64,000 bases of DNA, taken from positions 68,448,001 to 68,512,000 of the forward strand of contig OX597814.1 in assembly GCA_951406725.2 (NCBI GenBank), read 5' to 3'. The notes under the pieces are model-generated. The model was not told where the DNA came from and did not search any database. It saw only the letters and a program-made list of their open reading frames with translations. A program made the position numbers and the translations under genes. Of the stretch, positions 38,150-50,744 are shown piece after piece (position 1 is the first letter of the stretch; each line of letters opens with the position of its first letter). The stretch comes from Octopus vulgaris. Lineage: Eukaryota.

Positions 38150-38860
38150 CCCTGTCTATCACAAGGTAGTTCTTGGTGCCCTTGGATCCTTTTCGGCTCC
38201 CTTTTGTTCTACTGGCAATAGATTGTTTTCCGCAAGGAACGTATTAATTTTTCCTGCGACGGTACCTGTTAATACTTTCCATAGGAGATTAAGACAAACA
38301 ATGGGTCGGTAATTGCCAACCTTATTGCCCTTTCACCGATTTTTCATTAACAACGGAGTTCTTCTTTCTACAATCCACACCGGAACGCAATTCTTTTGTG
38401 TTTTGACTTAAACCACTTGAGCCAGTAGCCTCGAATTTCATCAGGTCCTGCCGCTTTCCAGTTTGTCAGTTTTGATATCTGTGCAATGACATCTTCCGTT
38501 GTTATACGCACACAGTCCTGTCATGGAGCCTCCAAGTGATGGAGTTCGGATCTCACAGAATGAATCCACTCTGCACAGTAATTGTACAAAATTTCTCCCA
38601 GATGTTATTCCAAAATTGGCGGGTTTCTTCTGCTTCAGGAGATGTATTATCTTCTGTATTTCCTCCTAAGCTCTCAAAAAACTACCTCTGGTTATTTGAG
38701 AATAACCGGTTTTATTGGAACTGCAATATGCGATTAGTGTAACGCTGTACCTTTAATGTTTTAGCACCTTCCGGAGTATTCGAGCGGTTCCAAGCAGTGC
38801 TGTTTTCTGCAAGTGCTCCACCCTTATCGCGGCCACTATTTGTTCCATGTACTTCTCATG
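38150..38860 (-). mobile_element. R4/Dong-like fragments (C-terminus fused to RT N-terminal region)
   Basis: Minus strand EHLQKTALLGTARILRKVL, then NRLFSNNQ, WKAAGPDEIRGYWLK, GNYRPIVCLNLLWKVLTG. Confidence 0.8.
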
Positions 38861-38899
38861 TTTTCATCATCATCATCATCATCATTATTATTATTATTA

Positions 38900-39455
38900 C
38901 TGAGTGAGAGAGCAGTTCATGCCATCAAAGTGACACTGGGGTAAAATATACGAAGCCCAGTATACCCATCATGACTACCCGTCTGATAAGGGTACACCAG
39001 GCACATGCATCACAACCATATGTGCGCGACATGGTGATCTCATATCAAGATAAACTGCACATGACCTTGCAGGTGGGGCCCAGTTAGAATTTTCTTCAGG
39101 TTGAGTAGCCCATCCCGCTCAAACGGTCCCTGAATAAGAGTTGTTTAAGGATGTTGAAAGAACCACCCATGTTTCCAGAGGTGAATTATTCAAACCCCAA
39201 AGAATCCCTCTCAACACATGGCTATGATGCTCCCCAACTACTTCTGCTCGTGATCAGAGATGCACATATCGTCAGCCACTAAGGGACATGCTCAACTGGT
39301 TAAGGTCAAACAACTGACAAGCAAATCTGTGGTATTGAGCAGTATATTTGCTGTAGCCCATCTTTTATACCAAGACAGAACAATGTACATGATAACACTT
39401 CCAATCAGTTAAGATCAGAAGCCATGAGAGCCACTGCCTGGTACTGCATCAGGGC

Positions 39456-39456
<1 letters not shown>
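38900..39456 (-). mobile_element. apparently full-length ~560-bp TAA-tailed non-coding repeat
   Basis: Three copies in the window, all abutting (TAA)n at the ctctcactc end. Confidence 0.9.
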
Positions 39457-39545
<89 letters not shown>

Positions 39546-39547
<2 letters not shown>

Positions 39548-39900
39548 GGCGACGAGATGGCAGAATCATTAGCACCCCCGGCGTAATGCTTAGCGGCATT
39601 CCGTCCGTCTTTATGTTCTGAGTTAAAATTCCGCCAGAATCGACTTTGCCTTTCATCCTCTCCGGGTCGATACAATAAACACCAGTTGAGTAATGGGGTC
39701 GATGTAAGCTCCACTCTCGAACTTGCTGGCCTTGTGCCAAAATATGTAACCCTTATGATTATAGTCAAGGCGGTGAGCTGTCAAAATCGCAGGCACGTCG
39801 GACAAATGCTTAGTGCCATTTCGTCCGTGTTTAAGTTCTGAGTTCCAATTCCCCGAAATCGACTTTCCTTTAAGCTTTTTGGGTTGATGTAACATGTATC
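39546..39900 (+). mobile_element. two tandem family-B SINEs
   Basis: aaggcgacgagatggcagaatc at 39546 and aaggcggtgagctgtcaaaatc at 39767. Confidence 0.85.
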
Positions 39901-42900
39901 ATTTGAACACTTGGATTCAAATATATAGACTAGGCCCACGCCCAAAAGTTCAAGCCTCGTGCCAATAATAGGAGGTTTTGGTTATTATTGTTGTATGAGA
40001 TATCAATGAACTTTATTTGATAACTAATGGATTTGATTTCGATTTTAGTGCTTAATTATTCGTTAGTTTTGGGATGTATATCAAATATATAAATCCCGTT
40101 CTGTCTGTCTATTTTTTCAGCGCTTATAACTCGAGTATTGTTCGTCCGATCGCGCTAAAGTTTTAAACATCGATACATGAGAGAGTGGGGCGTTCCGTAA
40201 TCTAAAAAGATGTTCAAAATTGTCAGTTTCAAAGTGAGAATCGCTATTTTTGTAATCTTTTTGTCCTGTTTCTTCCGCCATTCTGTTCATTAACCAACGT
40301 TCTAAACAATTCATTTCTACGTTTTCACATTTGAATGACATATATGTAAATATAGCTTGCTATTTGTAAATACAGTCTCACTTTGATTTAAATATTAGAC
40401 CTCGAACAATTGCATTTATTTCTGCGTTTTCTCACGTTTGTAAGCGGCTAAAAAACTCGAATTACTCTAACTTTAATTAACTGTAATCAACCACGTGCGT
40501 TCGCGGTCAAATGTGTTCTTACAACTGCTTTTCGTGCAATAAACCAGCTGACATGAAAAATTACTAGGAAAAGGCAATTACAAAAAGGTAGCAAAATAAT
40601 GAAAATAACTGGTGATTACTCAGTTTTCTGAAGATATTCTCAACAATATTCAATTGAAAGTAGAAAAGATTAATTGAGTGCTTATAAAATGTGAAAAATT
40701 TGACGGGTTACATCTAAAATCTTGCTTAATATTTTTCATTCAACTTTAAAAAATAAGCGGTATTGTTCAATTTTCTAGACAAAATTGATTTGCAAAGAAT
40801 ATGTCTTATGTTATTTGATTGCACATTGTGTTATTTCACCCCTGAGTTTCAACTCTTTTTTGTGTCAGTTTTTGAGAGACGAGAGACTTCCCTAAGCATT
40901 TTTTCACCCTTATTGAGTAACAGTTCTTGTTTGCCTGTCCATCGGGTGATTAAAACTTCCATTTATATTTTTATTTGGAACTAATGTTACTTATCCCGTA
41001 GTTCTTACCACTACGCCAGTGGAAATCGAAATAAAATACGTAAAGCAACAGTCATCAAATGCAAAAGAACTGTTTATTGCTTAAATATCACTGGCAATAT
41101 TCACTTTGGAGATAAAACAGCGTTCAGTCAACATGAGGTATGTACTATGGAAGAGGACATCGTGCTTATCCTAATGTGAAAGTGTTTGAGTGCAAAACGT
41201 TTAAGGTTAATTATGATGTCCGATTCCACTGGAAGGTGCATATATTGTGGGATGAAGAGCTTCCCTTCATTTTATTAGCTTCATGACAATTTTGAAAAGG
41301 TTCACTGTGTTAAGATTCACTATCAATCAGTTTTCCTTATTTAGAAGAAATAGTAAACAGTTTTAGCGTTTCAGGGATCTTTAATGCCCTAACCAAAAGT
41401 AACAACCCCATACAATCACCAAACATCTCCACACCGTCCAAGTTAACCCTCTTCACCTATACAAACCGTCCAATGGACGAGGAGGGGGCGTTCGCTAGTT
41501 GCATATACTTGGTGAAATTGTAGCATCAATCTCAGTTATATTTTCTCTCCGATATGATCATAGTATCAAAATATTTTTCTTTATTATTTTCTAAATAAAT
41601 ATTTCATTTTTTACTTATCGTTGGTGTTTATAGCTTTGGATATATAAAAATGGAAGTAAGTAAATGACCTGAAATGACGTACGCATGGAAATATTCTCGA
41701 AATTAATGTCTATATTTTCATATGAATAAAAATTAATAAAGATATTATCGATAAAAGAGTTATTAATAGGTATGTTTATATGGTAACATAAATAAATATG
41801 TGACAATTATTACAATCAAACACAAGAAATGGACTTCGTTTTTTATCGGAGGAAATTTATGTGATTAGAATCAATTATAACTACATGAACTATAAACCTC
41901 TTTTCGTTTTATTTAGCTTCCTAATGGGAATTTTGTGTTCTGTTTTTTTTTTGTTTTTTTATTGGTTTTTGTTTTCTCATAATTAATGTTTGAGGAATTA
42001 GTGTTAGTAGCATTTAAAATACTTACAAAATGTGTAATGGTTATCACGCTGATTCCAGTCGTTATTTAGAATACCGAACAAATAAATACAAAATTATGAA
42101 CCAAACGAGAAAATGCTTTCTAACAGCGTTTAAATTTCTTTTGGACCATCTTGTTCTTTGTCTTGTTAGAAGAATAGAAGCATTTTGAGAGAAATTTTGT
42201 TGGAGAACAGTTTGGAATGAAAATGTGTGCGTTTGCGTGTGCAGCATATGTGTATGTATGTATCTTCTGGTTGTCCACTGGATTAGATGATATTCAGATA
42301 TAGTTGTGAATCCTTTGAGGACTAGCAGGGGTGGCAATTCTTTTGCTGGACGATAGGGTAATAGTGAATTTAGGTACAACACTTGTGTCTACTACTCCTT
42401 TGAAGAAAAAGATTTAACCTTGTTGGAAAATTTGACTCTGTACTACGAGGCAGAATTTTGGCAAGATATATAACCGATTCCGTGCTTAAAACGAGGAGTG
42501 GAATATTCCCGCTTATGCCCGGTCACCTTCGGAAAGCAAACGTAACATTTTTAGATGGTGACTCCGAAAAGTTGAGCAAGTTATCGAAAAGAACTACTCC
42601 CAGCATAAAATCAGCGTGACTTGTACGTGTGCTGCTATTTTCTTTTTGGCTTTTACCGAACAGGCAGATATGAATTTCAAATTACATAGTTTCAGCTACC
42701 AAATATAAGTACGAGATGTAGGTATCAAAATGTAAAACCCAGAGATCAGAACGCAAGAGTATAATATTGAATTTTTAGGGTGTACGGTATCATGATGCAC
42801 AAGAGACCCACGTTTTCTGTGAATATGACAGGTTTTGGCAAATGGCCATCGACTTGGATTGGCTGTATACACTAACTTATGCAAAAGGTATTTCTTACTC

Positions 42901-44819
42901 AGAGGATATCTAGTGATGTACCTGAATATACATTCGTGCAGGAACTGCTTTGTCATGTGTCTGTTTTGTTATTATTTAGAGTTTAGATCCGTATATCTTC
43001 TTAGGTAACCGTAACCAAACATAAGCATGTTCGTATTAAATCTTTGGCTGTAAGTGTAAAGAGTGGGGGGAAATGCTTTCTTACTATGTTTAGAAAACAT
43101 TTAGTTTTGGTGGTAGTTAGCATTTTAACTATATGGTAGATTAAATCCTGACTTTCTACTTCTTGATTCGTTGGGCTTTGTAAGAGTATGTTCTATCACT
43201 GAAACCGCAGTATTATACTGAAGGGCGGACCAATCAAATGCATTCATGCTTGAAAATAAACTGGAGGTATGCTTCCCTATATTATTTACTACATATTTAA
43301 TAATATTAGTCATGTAGTTGAAGCCTTTGTTGACATAAATAGTTTCTTCGTTAACTAAATGTGGAAGAGAATAAATGGGGAGATGTACAAAAATACAATA
43401 TTGACTTGATTAATTCCAATTCTGCCCAAATTTTGATGGAATAGTATTCATCCAGGTTTATTATTATTATTCAAGAGCTCCATTTATTAATCTGGTTTAC
43501 TTCAAGAATTAAATTTCTCAAATCTACAAAGATTCCATAAATACACACATCCACATGCATATGCATTTAAATTCTATTTCCCTTATTCTCTTATGGCCTC
43601 CATTTACGGACTCACAAAGCTTGTATATATTCCAATAATATATACTTATTGTCTCACTTTTTCTCTCACACACACAAACGTTTGCTAACTATCAATATGT
43701 ATAATAGGCTACATGTCTCTGTATATCTACAAATTTTTGTAAGAAACACTTAAGGATTTGAAGTTGTTGAATACGTTCCACTTCATAAGATTTACTTTCT
43801 AAATCATTCGACAGTAGTTGGAATCATTCTGTTTATTTTTTTAATTTGAAATAGTTCATTCTACGACCGGATCTGCAAATCCCGGATAGGTCTGTATTCA
43901 GCTGTATTTATCTCATAGTACTAAATGTGGGAAATAGAAATTTTCTGAATTATTCAACAGCATCTCTACTTTCTTGTCCTCACTGAGTCATTACTTAGTC
44001 CTTTTGTTTCTCTTTTGGTTTTGGAAGTTCCTTCTGTTATGTTGTTTGTCTCATGATGCTTAACTAATATTTTAATATTCATAAATTCTGATAATTCGCA
44101 ATGCATCGCACCTTTTATTAAAGCTTTCTTCACCATTTTTCTCATCAATCTTCCCTGGACTATCCTTAAAACAGTAATAAGAATATACATGAAAATGATA
44201 AACTCCACCAAATAACTGACCAATCCAGTGACTTGCTGTCTCGTGCTCCAACTTTGGACTGATGTTACACGTTGTGATTATTCAGTGCAAATAAAAATAA
44301 TAGTAATAATTTGAAATTACAGACTGAAATTTAAGAACACCAAGGTGTGTTCGTACCTCCTCATGTTTATACAAGAAATATTGTTCATCAGGAAATTTTA
44401 TTGTGAATGTGAATAACGATGTTTAGTACATTTATAGTTTTTGCATGGAATGTTACAAATGCACAACTTTAGCATAAAAGAACTATTCTTCCTTTAAAAT
44501 CTTTTGAAAATATATGTAACCTGTTTGTAAGAACATGTACAATTGCATATATTTTGGCAGTTTTGAAAGCATTTGTGAACTTAACTAGGGCCTTTATTGT
44601 ATAGGATAATAAAGAATGAGTAAATCATTGACTACAACATATTGTACATGCTAAAAGTAATGAAACGTGTAATATTTGGGGAGTGATAAATATAATTTAA
44701 TATTACCCTTTTACTTTGGCATTTATCTTTAAATCCTCAATACACTCATTAGTAACTTGTAAATACTTCAATTATGTCTCCGTCATTATTGACAGCTTCG
44801 GTCTTCTTGTATAACGTAA

Positions 44820-44859
<40 letters not shown>

Positions 44860-45059
44860 TTATGAGATAGCGGCGTGGGTTTCCGCCCCGACATCTGAAA
44901 CTCGGAGTTTTATCAAGGCCACCGAATAGTTGTCACATATCATATTTACAGATAAATTCCTCTGTTTACATAATATCGAGGTTTCTTTCATTCTTTTGGT
45001 GTCTTACCATTTCTATCAATATATATATATATATATATATATTGATTAAAATTTTTTTT

Positions 45060-45267
45060 TTCAATATGTGACCGCGTGTGTATTGTTGGCGATTTTCTTT
45101 CTCCGTCTTCTCTTCCTTGGGCCTTTCCTCTTTCTATGTTTCTGACGAAGAGCTCCGCTCGAAACGTTAATTCCTCCTTCTTTCTTTCCTTTCTTGAGCG
45201 TCCAATAACACTATACTTGTTCCACGTCCTCACGTTGTTCTGTTTTCTCTTTGTTCATGTTTGGATT

Positions 45268-45272
<5 letters not shown>
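45060..45272 (+). mobile_element. PLE terminal-repeat-like element with canonical minimal hammerhead (45138-45172)
   Basis: GUUU CUGACGA A GAGC UCC GCUC GAAA CG UU AAUU; inserted between (TA)n tracts; siblings at 24800 and 46408. Confidence 0.8.
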
Positions 45273-45327
<55 letters not shown>

Positions 45328-45760
45328 ACTTTTACATGTTGCAACATGTTAAAGTATATAAAAATTCCCATATGTGTATATATGCATATGTATGTGCAGG
45401 ATTCAAGTGAACCGGGCACTTAAGCGGTAAGGCACCGGGTCGGGTCGAAAAGTAAAATGCGTACATAGCAAAAATAGAAGAATACATATGCGAATGCCGA
45501 AATACAGACAGAAAGATATTCAGGTTATGTATACGAATAACTATCCCCGACTGAATATATCAAAAGACATGAGGCTAATCAAGGAACGCACATTGCACTA
45601 AATGTACGGTCCATAATATACTTCCGATCTACGCAACGAGCAGGGTCCGAGGGAGTTGAATAAATAGATAACAACAGATGAATGCTGTGTGACCAGCAAG
45701 GGTAATAAGATGCACATCCCGCAGGCTTTTGAATGTTTTTGAATATTGTGGTTCATGTAT

Positions 45761-45840
45761 TCATCTGATGAAACGGTTGTTTCTAATGATATAACGTCTC
45801 TATTAATCAGTTAAAAATTTATTGGAAACAGCTGTAGTGA
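45761..45840 (+). ncRNA. hammerhead-like motif with long, poorly paired stem II
   Basis: UCAU CUGAUGA ... GAAA CAGCUG UA GUGA; palindromic ACAGCUGU. Confidence 0.45.
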
Positions 45841-46044
45841 TCTGACACACTATCCATCAGTTGTAAACTATTCATATAGCACGGTGTTACTCCAGCATGA
45901 CCACAGCCGCATAGCTGAAACGTGTAAAAGAATATATATATATATGTGTGTGTGTGTGTATAATAACCAATTGCAGATGGAAATTGATAGAGATTACTAA
46001 TACATCACTTATGTCTCTGCATCCGACAAGTTCATTAGGTAACA

Positions 46045-46198
46045 ATTTTTCATATTCATAAGATATTAGGATTACTCTTAATATTTACAAATCTGATAGT
46101 TTTGTCAGCTCCATTTCAATGTGGAAGCTTCCTCGGGTGTCGCATTTTTGTTAAATATTAAGAGTAATCTTCAGTAATATCTTATGAGTATGAAAAAT
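46045..46198. repeat. inverted repeat, ~47-52 bp arms
   Basis: atttttcatattcataagatatta..gattactcttaatattta vs taaatattaagagtaatc..taatatcttatgagtatgaaaaat. Confidence 0.8.
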
Positions 46199-46315
46199 AT
46201 ACATATGCTTCAGAAAGAAGCTTTAGCCGAGAATAGAGGGGTAATAAGAAATTGACAAAATATAAACAATCATCTTACAAAATCATAGAGGAGTGCCTGA
46301 GTATCACTTTACAGA

Positions 46316-46356
<41 letters not shown>

Positions 46357-46362
46357 TTAAAT

Positions 46363-46411
<49 letters not shown>

Positions 46412-46470
46412 CCACGTCCTGCGTTGCTGTGTTTTTTTCTCTTTTTTTCTGTGTTTTCTTGTTTGGATTA

Positions 46471-46501
<31 letters not shown>

Positions 46502-46509
<8 letters not shown>

Positions 46510-46524
46510 GGCAAAATGTCTGTC

Positions 46525-46555
<31 letters not shown>

Positions 46556-46881
46556 CCTTTATACAAATCGACAATTTTTCAGTTAGAGGGCTCGCACTTT
46601 CTATGGTCATTCAAAACCGTCCAAGGGCGGTCGTGCACATCTTTACATTTCCCCAGTCACCCCGCAAAGCAATTAAAAAATCAATAGAAGTGACTCTTTT
46701 TTTAATTTTCTATCCAAAACCCAATCCAAATGCCTGAAACTTGATACGCCAATTGAATGTCACTTAGCTGTATGTGATTGGTCGGAGATTTGGACAGTAC
46801 TCGCGTGTATGTGCGCACGCACGCAGCTGTATATGCATGCACTAGCACTATGACCCGGCAACGTCGGGTCATAGTGCTAGT
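46502..46881 (+). mobile_element. non-autonomous Helitron-like element
   Basis: Starts in (TA)n with aaatgtctgtctgtgtg; ends gacccggcaacgtcgggtcatagtgCTAG|T. Confidence 0.6.
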
Positions 46882-47248
46882 ATTTATATATATATACATG
46901 TATGTATGTATGTATGTATGCATGCATGCATGTATGTATGCATATCCGAATTTGTATGATTGTGTATAGAAGAATATATTAATTAAATTCCAAATAAGTC
47001 TGATTTTCATGTTTTATTATTTGTAAATTTTATAATTTTAAAATATTGAAATAAATTAGTTCTTTCATGCGTGTCATCCTTTCGGGGCCGATAAGTTAAG
47101 TACCAGTTGCGTACTGGGTCGATCTAATCGACTGGCCCCTTCTCCCAAAATTTCAGGCTTTGTGCTTCGAGTAGAAAAGAAAGGAACATTCTAAAATTGT
47201 AAACGTTGCAAATAATAAAACGTGAAAATCAGCCCTAGTGGAATTTCA

Positions 47249-47293
<45 letters not shown>

Positions 47294-47296
<3 letters not shown>

Positions 47297-47670
47297 ACTT
47301 ACAAACAAGGGGAAAAGAAAAAAAGTTCTAATGCCAAATATGCCGAAAATAGACAAATCGTCAATAACCATATAATTTATCACTATAAGCACGCGTCTCG
47401 AAGTAAGTCGACAAAAATTTCTAAAAAATTCTGTTCTTATCGTATCAGTCTCAATTTCAGAGTTAATTCATAATAATTTTCTCCTCGTCAGCGATAAATA
47501 CGTAATTATATGTTTATTGACGATTTGTCTATTTTCGGCATATTTGGCATAAGAATCTTTTTCTTTTACCCTTGTTTATAAGTTGTTTAGAAATTTAACC
47601 TTTAAAGGTATTTTTTAATATGCTGGCCATTGATAGAATTTTTTCGAAAAATTTTATCCTATATTAGATA
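47294..47670 (-). mobile_element. hammerhead-bearing repeat with ~83-bp inverted arms (47294-47377 / 47504-47586)
   Basis: Minus 47438-47496: UAUCG CUGACGA GGAG..CUCU GAAA UUGAGACUGA UA CGAUA; homologous to 52090-52520. Confidence 0.8.
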
Positions 47671-47699
47671 TATATATATATCCTTTATATATCTTTAAT

Positions 47700-48080
<381 letters not shown>

Positions 48081-49299
48081 GACCAACATGCAAAATGTAT
48101 TCATTATTCTACAAAGTAAAATCATATATGTACGCAAAACCATATCTACACAAAGAAACAGAGTCATACGAAAACAAAACATTCAAACGCATTGTGATCG
48201 AGGGAAAATATGAAAACCTCCACTAGCCTTTACAAATAGCCTATACATACAAATTACTTCCGCAATGCATAAACATATATATGACTTATAGAGAAATATA
48301 TTTCAACAAAAATGCACAACCTGCAATATTCCAATCAAGTTTCAAAAGGATATGTTGAAAATTATAATTGAAAGTAACACTCATTTGGACTTAATATAGA
48401 AACTTATTATATTTGCAGAATGCATATAATGTTAAGACTTTCTCCAAGATCAACAACTAACAACAATATTATATATACTACAATGAGGAATATAATAATC
48501 ATTCACATAACATTTATGTATAAATTTTTTTCATGATGAAAAACAATTTCTAGATTAGACGCAAATTGTATCAAATATTAAAAAAATCAACAAATAGACA
48601 ATCTTCAGCTGCATGCAGAGAATTTCCTGTAATAATACCTAAATATTGGAATCAAATCAAAAACAAAATGAATAGATATGCAAATGATGAAATGTGGAAG
48701 TCTCTTCTTTGAACAGCAAATGTTTGGAGAAAAACATTGCGTACTATACAGAGCAACGCATACACGAAATTCAGCCACACTAGCCTCTGGGGATACCAAA
48801 GAGCTTTTCAATTATATTGAAAGTTCAAGGGAGACCAGTAGCACTTAGGAACGGATCAAACGACTTTGGCCTTTTTTTCCATAGATGCTTCACATTGTTC
48901 AACAGATCATAATTTCAAACTGTTGGGATCGTATTGTAGCTTGCCAATACATGCCCAAGTTATTATCATAAACTTTAAGGCAGACACTCCTGACAGGATG
49001 AATGGTACATAACACCACACGGTACGTGATGATATGAAAACACTAAGTGAATTAAACTTTTCAGCAAAGTAAGAAGCCTCTACCTGGTTGCTCAATCTCT
49101 TAGAAATGCCCACTGGATGTGCACGTTTTAAATCCGATAAGGAATATGATTTTACACATGCTCCAAAATCAAGGACACAGATCAGTTCGATTAAAATACA
49201 CTTGAAGTTAAACAATACTAATACCATTCGGCCGTTATTCGTCTGCCATATCCAGTTCGCTGAGGTGTAGATTTTTCCATACAATATGTTGTCCTAAAA

Positions 49300-49682
49300 A
49301 GGCGGCGATCTGGCAGAAACGTTAGCACGCCGGGCGAAAGGCTTAACGGTATTTCGTCTGCGTTACGTTGTGAGTTAAAATTCCGCCGACGTCGACTTTG
49401 CCTTTCATCCTTTCGGGGTCGATAAATTAAGTACCAGTTACGCCTGGGGTCGATGTAATACCTATGTCTGTCCGTGTTTGTCCCCTCTGTGTTTAGCCCC
49501 TTGTGGGTAATAAAGAAATAGGTATTTCGTTTGTCTTTACGTTCTGAGTTCAAATTCCGCTGAAGCTGACTTTCATCCTTTGGCGGTCGATAAATTAAGT
49601 ACCAGTTGCGTACTGTTGTCGATCTAATCGACTGGCTACCTCCCCCAACATTTCGGGTCTTATGCCTAGAGTAGAAAAGAAT
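49300..49682 (+). mobile_element. family-B SINE with internal duplication
   Basis: ggtatttcgt..gagtt.aaattccgc..tttcatccttt..gtcgataaattaagtaccagtt occurs twice; related structure at 63645-63990 (minus). Confidence 0.85.
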
Positions 49683-50744
49683 ATGTTGTCCTAAAGCTTT
49701 ATTTCTTGATACGTAATTTTACTTATCTTCTCAATGAAGAGTATATTGTAAAAGCTGCACACGGCTAAATCGAGATGTTTCGAAAATCTATATTGTACCA
49801 TAAAATAACATGGGTGTATATAGATTTCGAAAATTAGCAAAAGTTCAAAATAACCCGGCAACTGGTGGTTTTAGACTTATTATTCTTTAGTTCGAGTGCC
49901 TCTACCCCGAGATAAATCAATTATATTTAGATAGAGTTGGTAACAAGTTGGGGATATGGCGTGCAACGATACCAGAGCTGGTGGATTACTAAAATAATGA
50001 GTGATATTGGGTAGAATAGTGTTTGTCTAGATTCTATAGTTTGAGTGTGAGGCGATGAGGCTGGAGCTTGAGCGATACTTTTTGTAAATAGAAATTAGGG
50101 TAAACAATTGGGTGAATGAAGTTCAGATACAGGGCACTAGACAGGTGTTGTTTGGTTATAGGTTTGAAAATCAAATTCTCCTGATTAAACTTTAATCGTA
50201 CTGAAGTAGACACAAAAATACCACCAATTGCGATTATAAGGGAAAATACATAAATAACTGATTGTGAATACATTAAAATAATTGAAAATTCATGTGTAGC
50301 GATCTTTTCCCGGAATGAAATACATTTTCGTTAGTGAATGGTCGAATGGATATGTTTCTGTGAGAATTAGAGCGTCCTGTGAATGTGTGATTGAAGTAAT
50401 GATACTTGTCTGTGTCGGTAGTGGGATTCTACTGTTGTTATAACTAAGAACGGGTTGCAGATTCACGCATATGAATGTGTGGTATGCATATATACACACA
50501 TACATAAACATACACGCACAAACACACACACACATACACATGCCCCGTTCCTCCCCTTCCCTCTTTCTGTCAAGAAGCTATGCTCGAAATGTCACAACGT
50601 CGCATCCCCGCTTTTTTCCATCTTAAACTAAGCGTCACCCAAATACATTCAATGTCCTTTTAAATTTAATGTTTTTGCTTTTATTTCTATTTTGGATTTG
50701 CCTATACGTATGAATGTACATACGTATGTATGTATGTATATATG

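Noticed and set aside
39430-39456. U2 snRNA-like or hammerhead-like 5' end of the 560-bp repeat
   Set aside because: Only a ~12-nt resemblance; no GAAA or other snRNA features.
43966-44223. 85-aa minus-strand ORF with signal-peptide-like N-terminus
   Set aside because: Non-ATG start, AT-rich composition, no recognisable motif or convincing splice structure.
46100-46146. Hammerhead in the spacer of the 46045 inverted repeat (CCGAGGA..GAAA, minus)
   Set aside because: Stems I and II cannot be formed; too decayed to call.
49840-50290. PLE RT thumb remnant on the minus strand
   Set aside because: Only a vague FKP..YLNFIHP resemblance.
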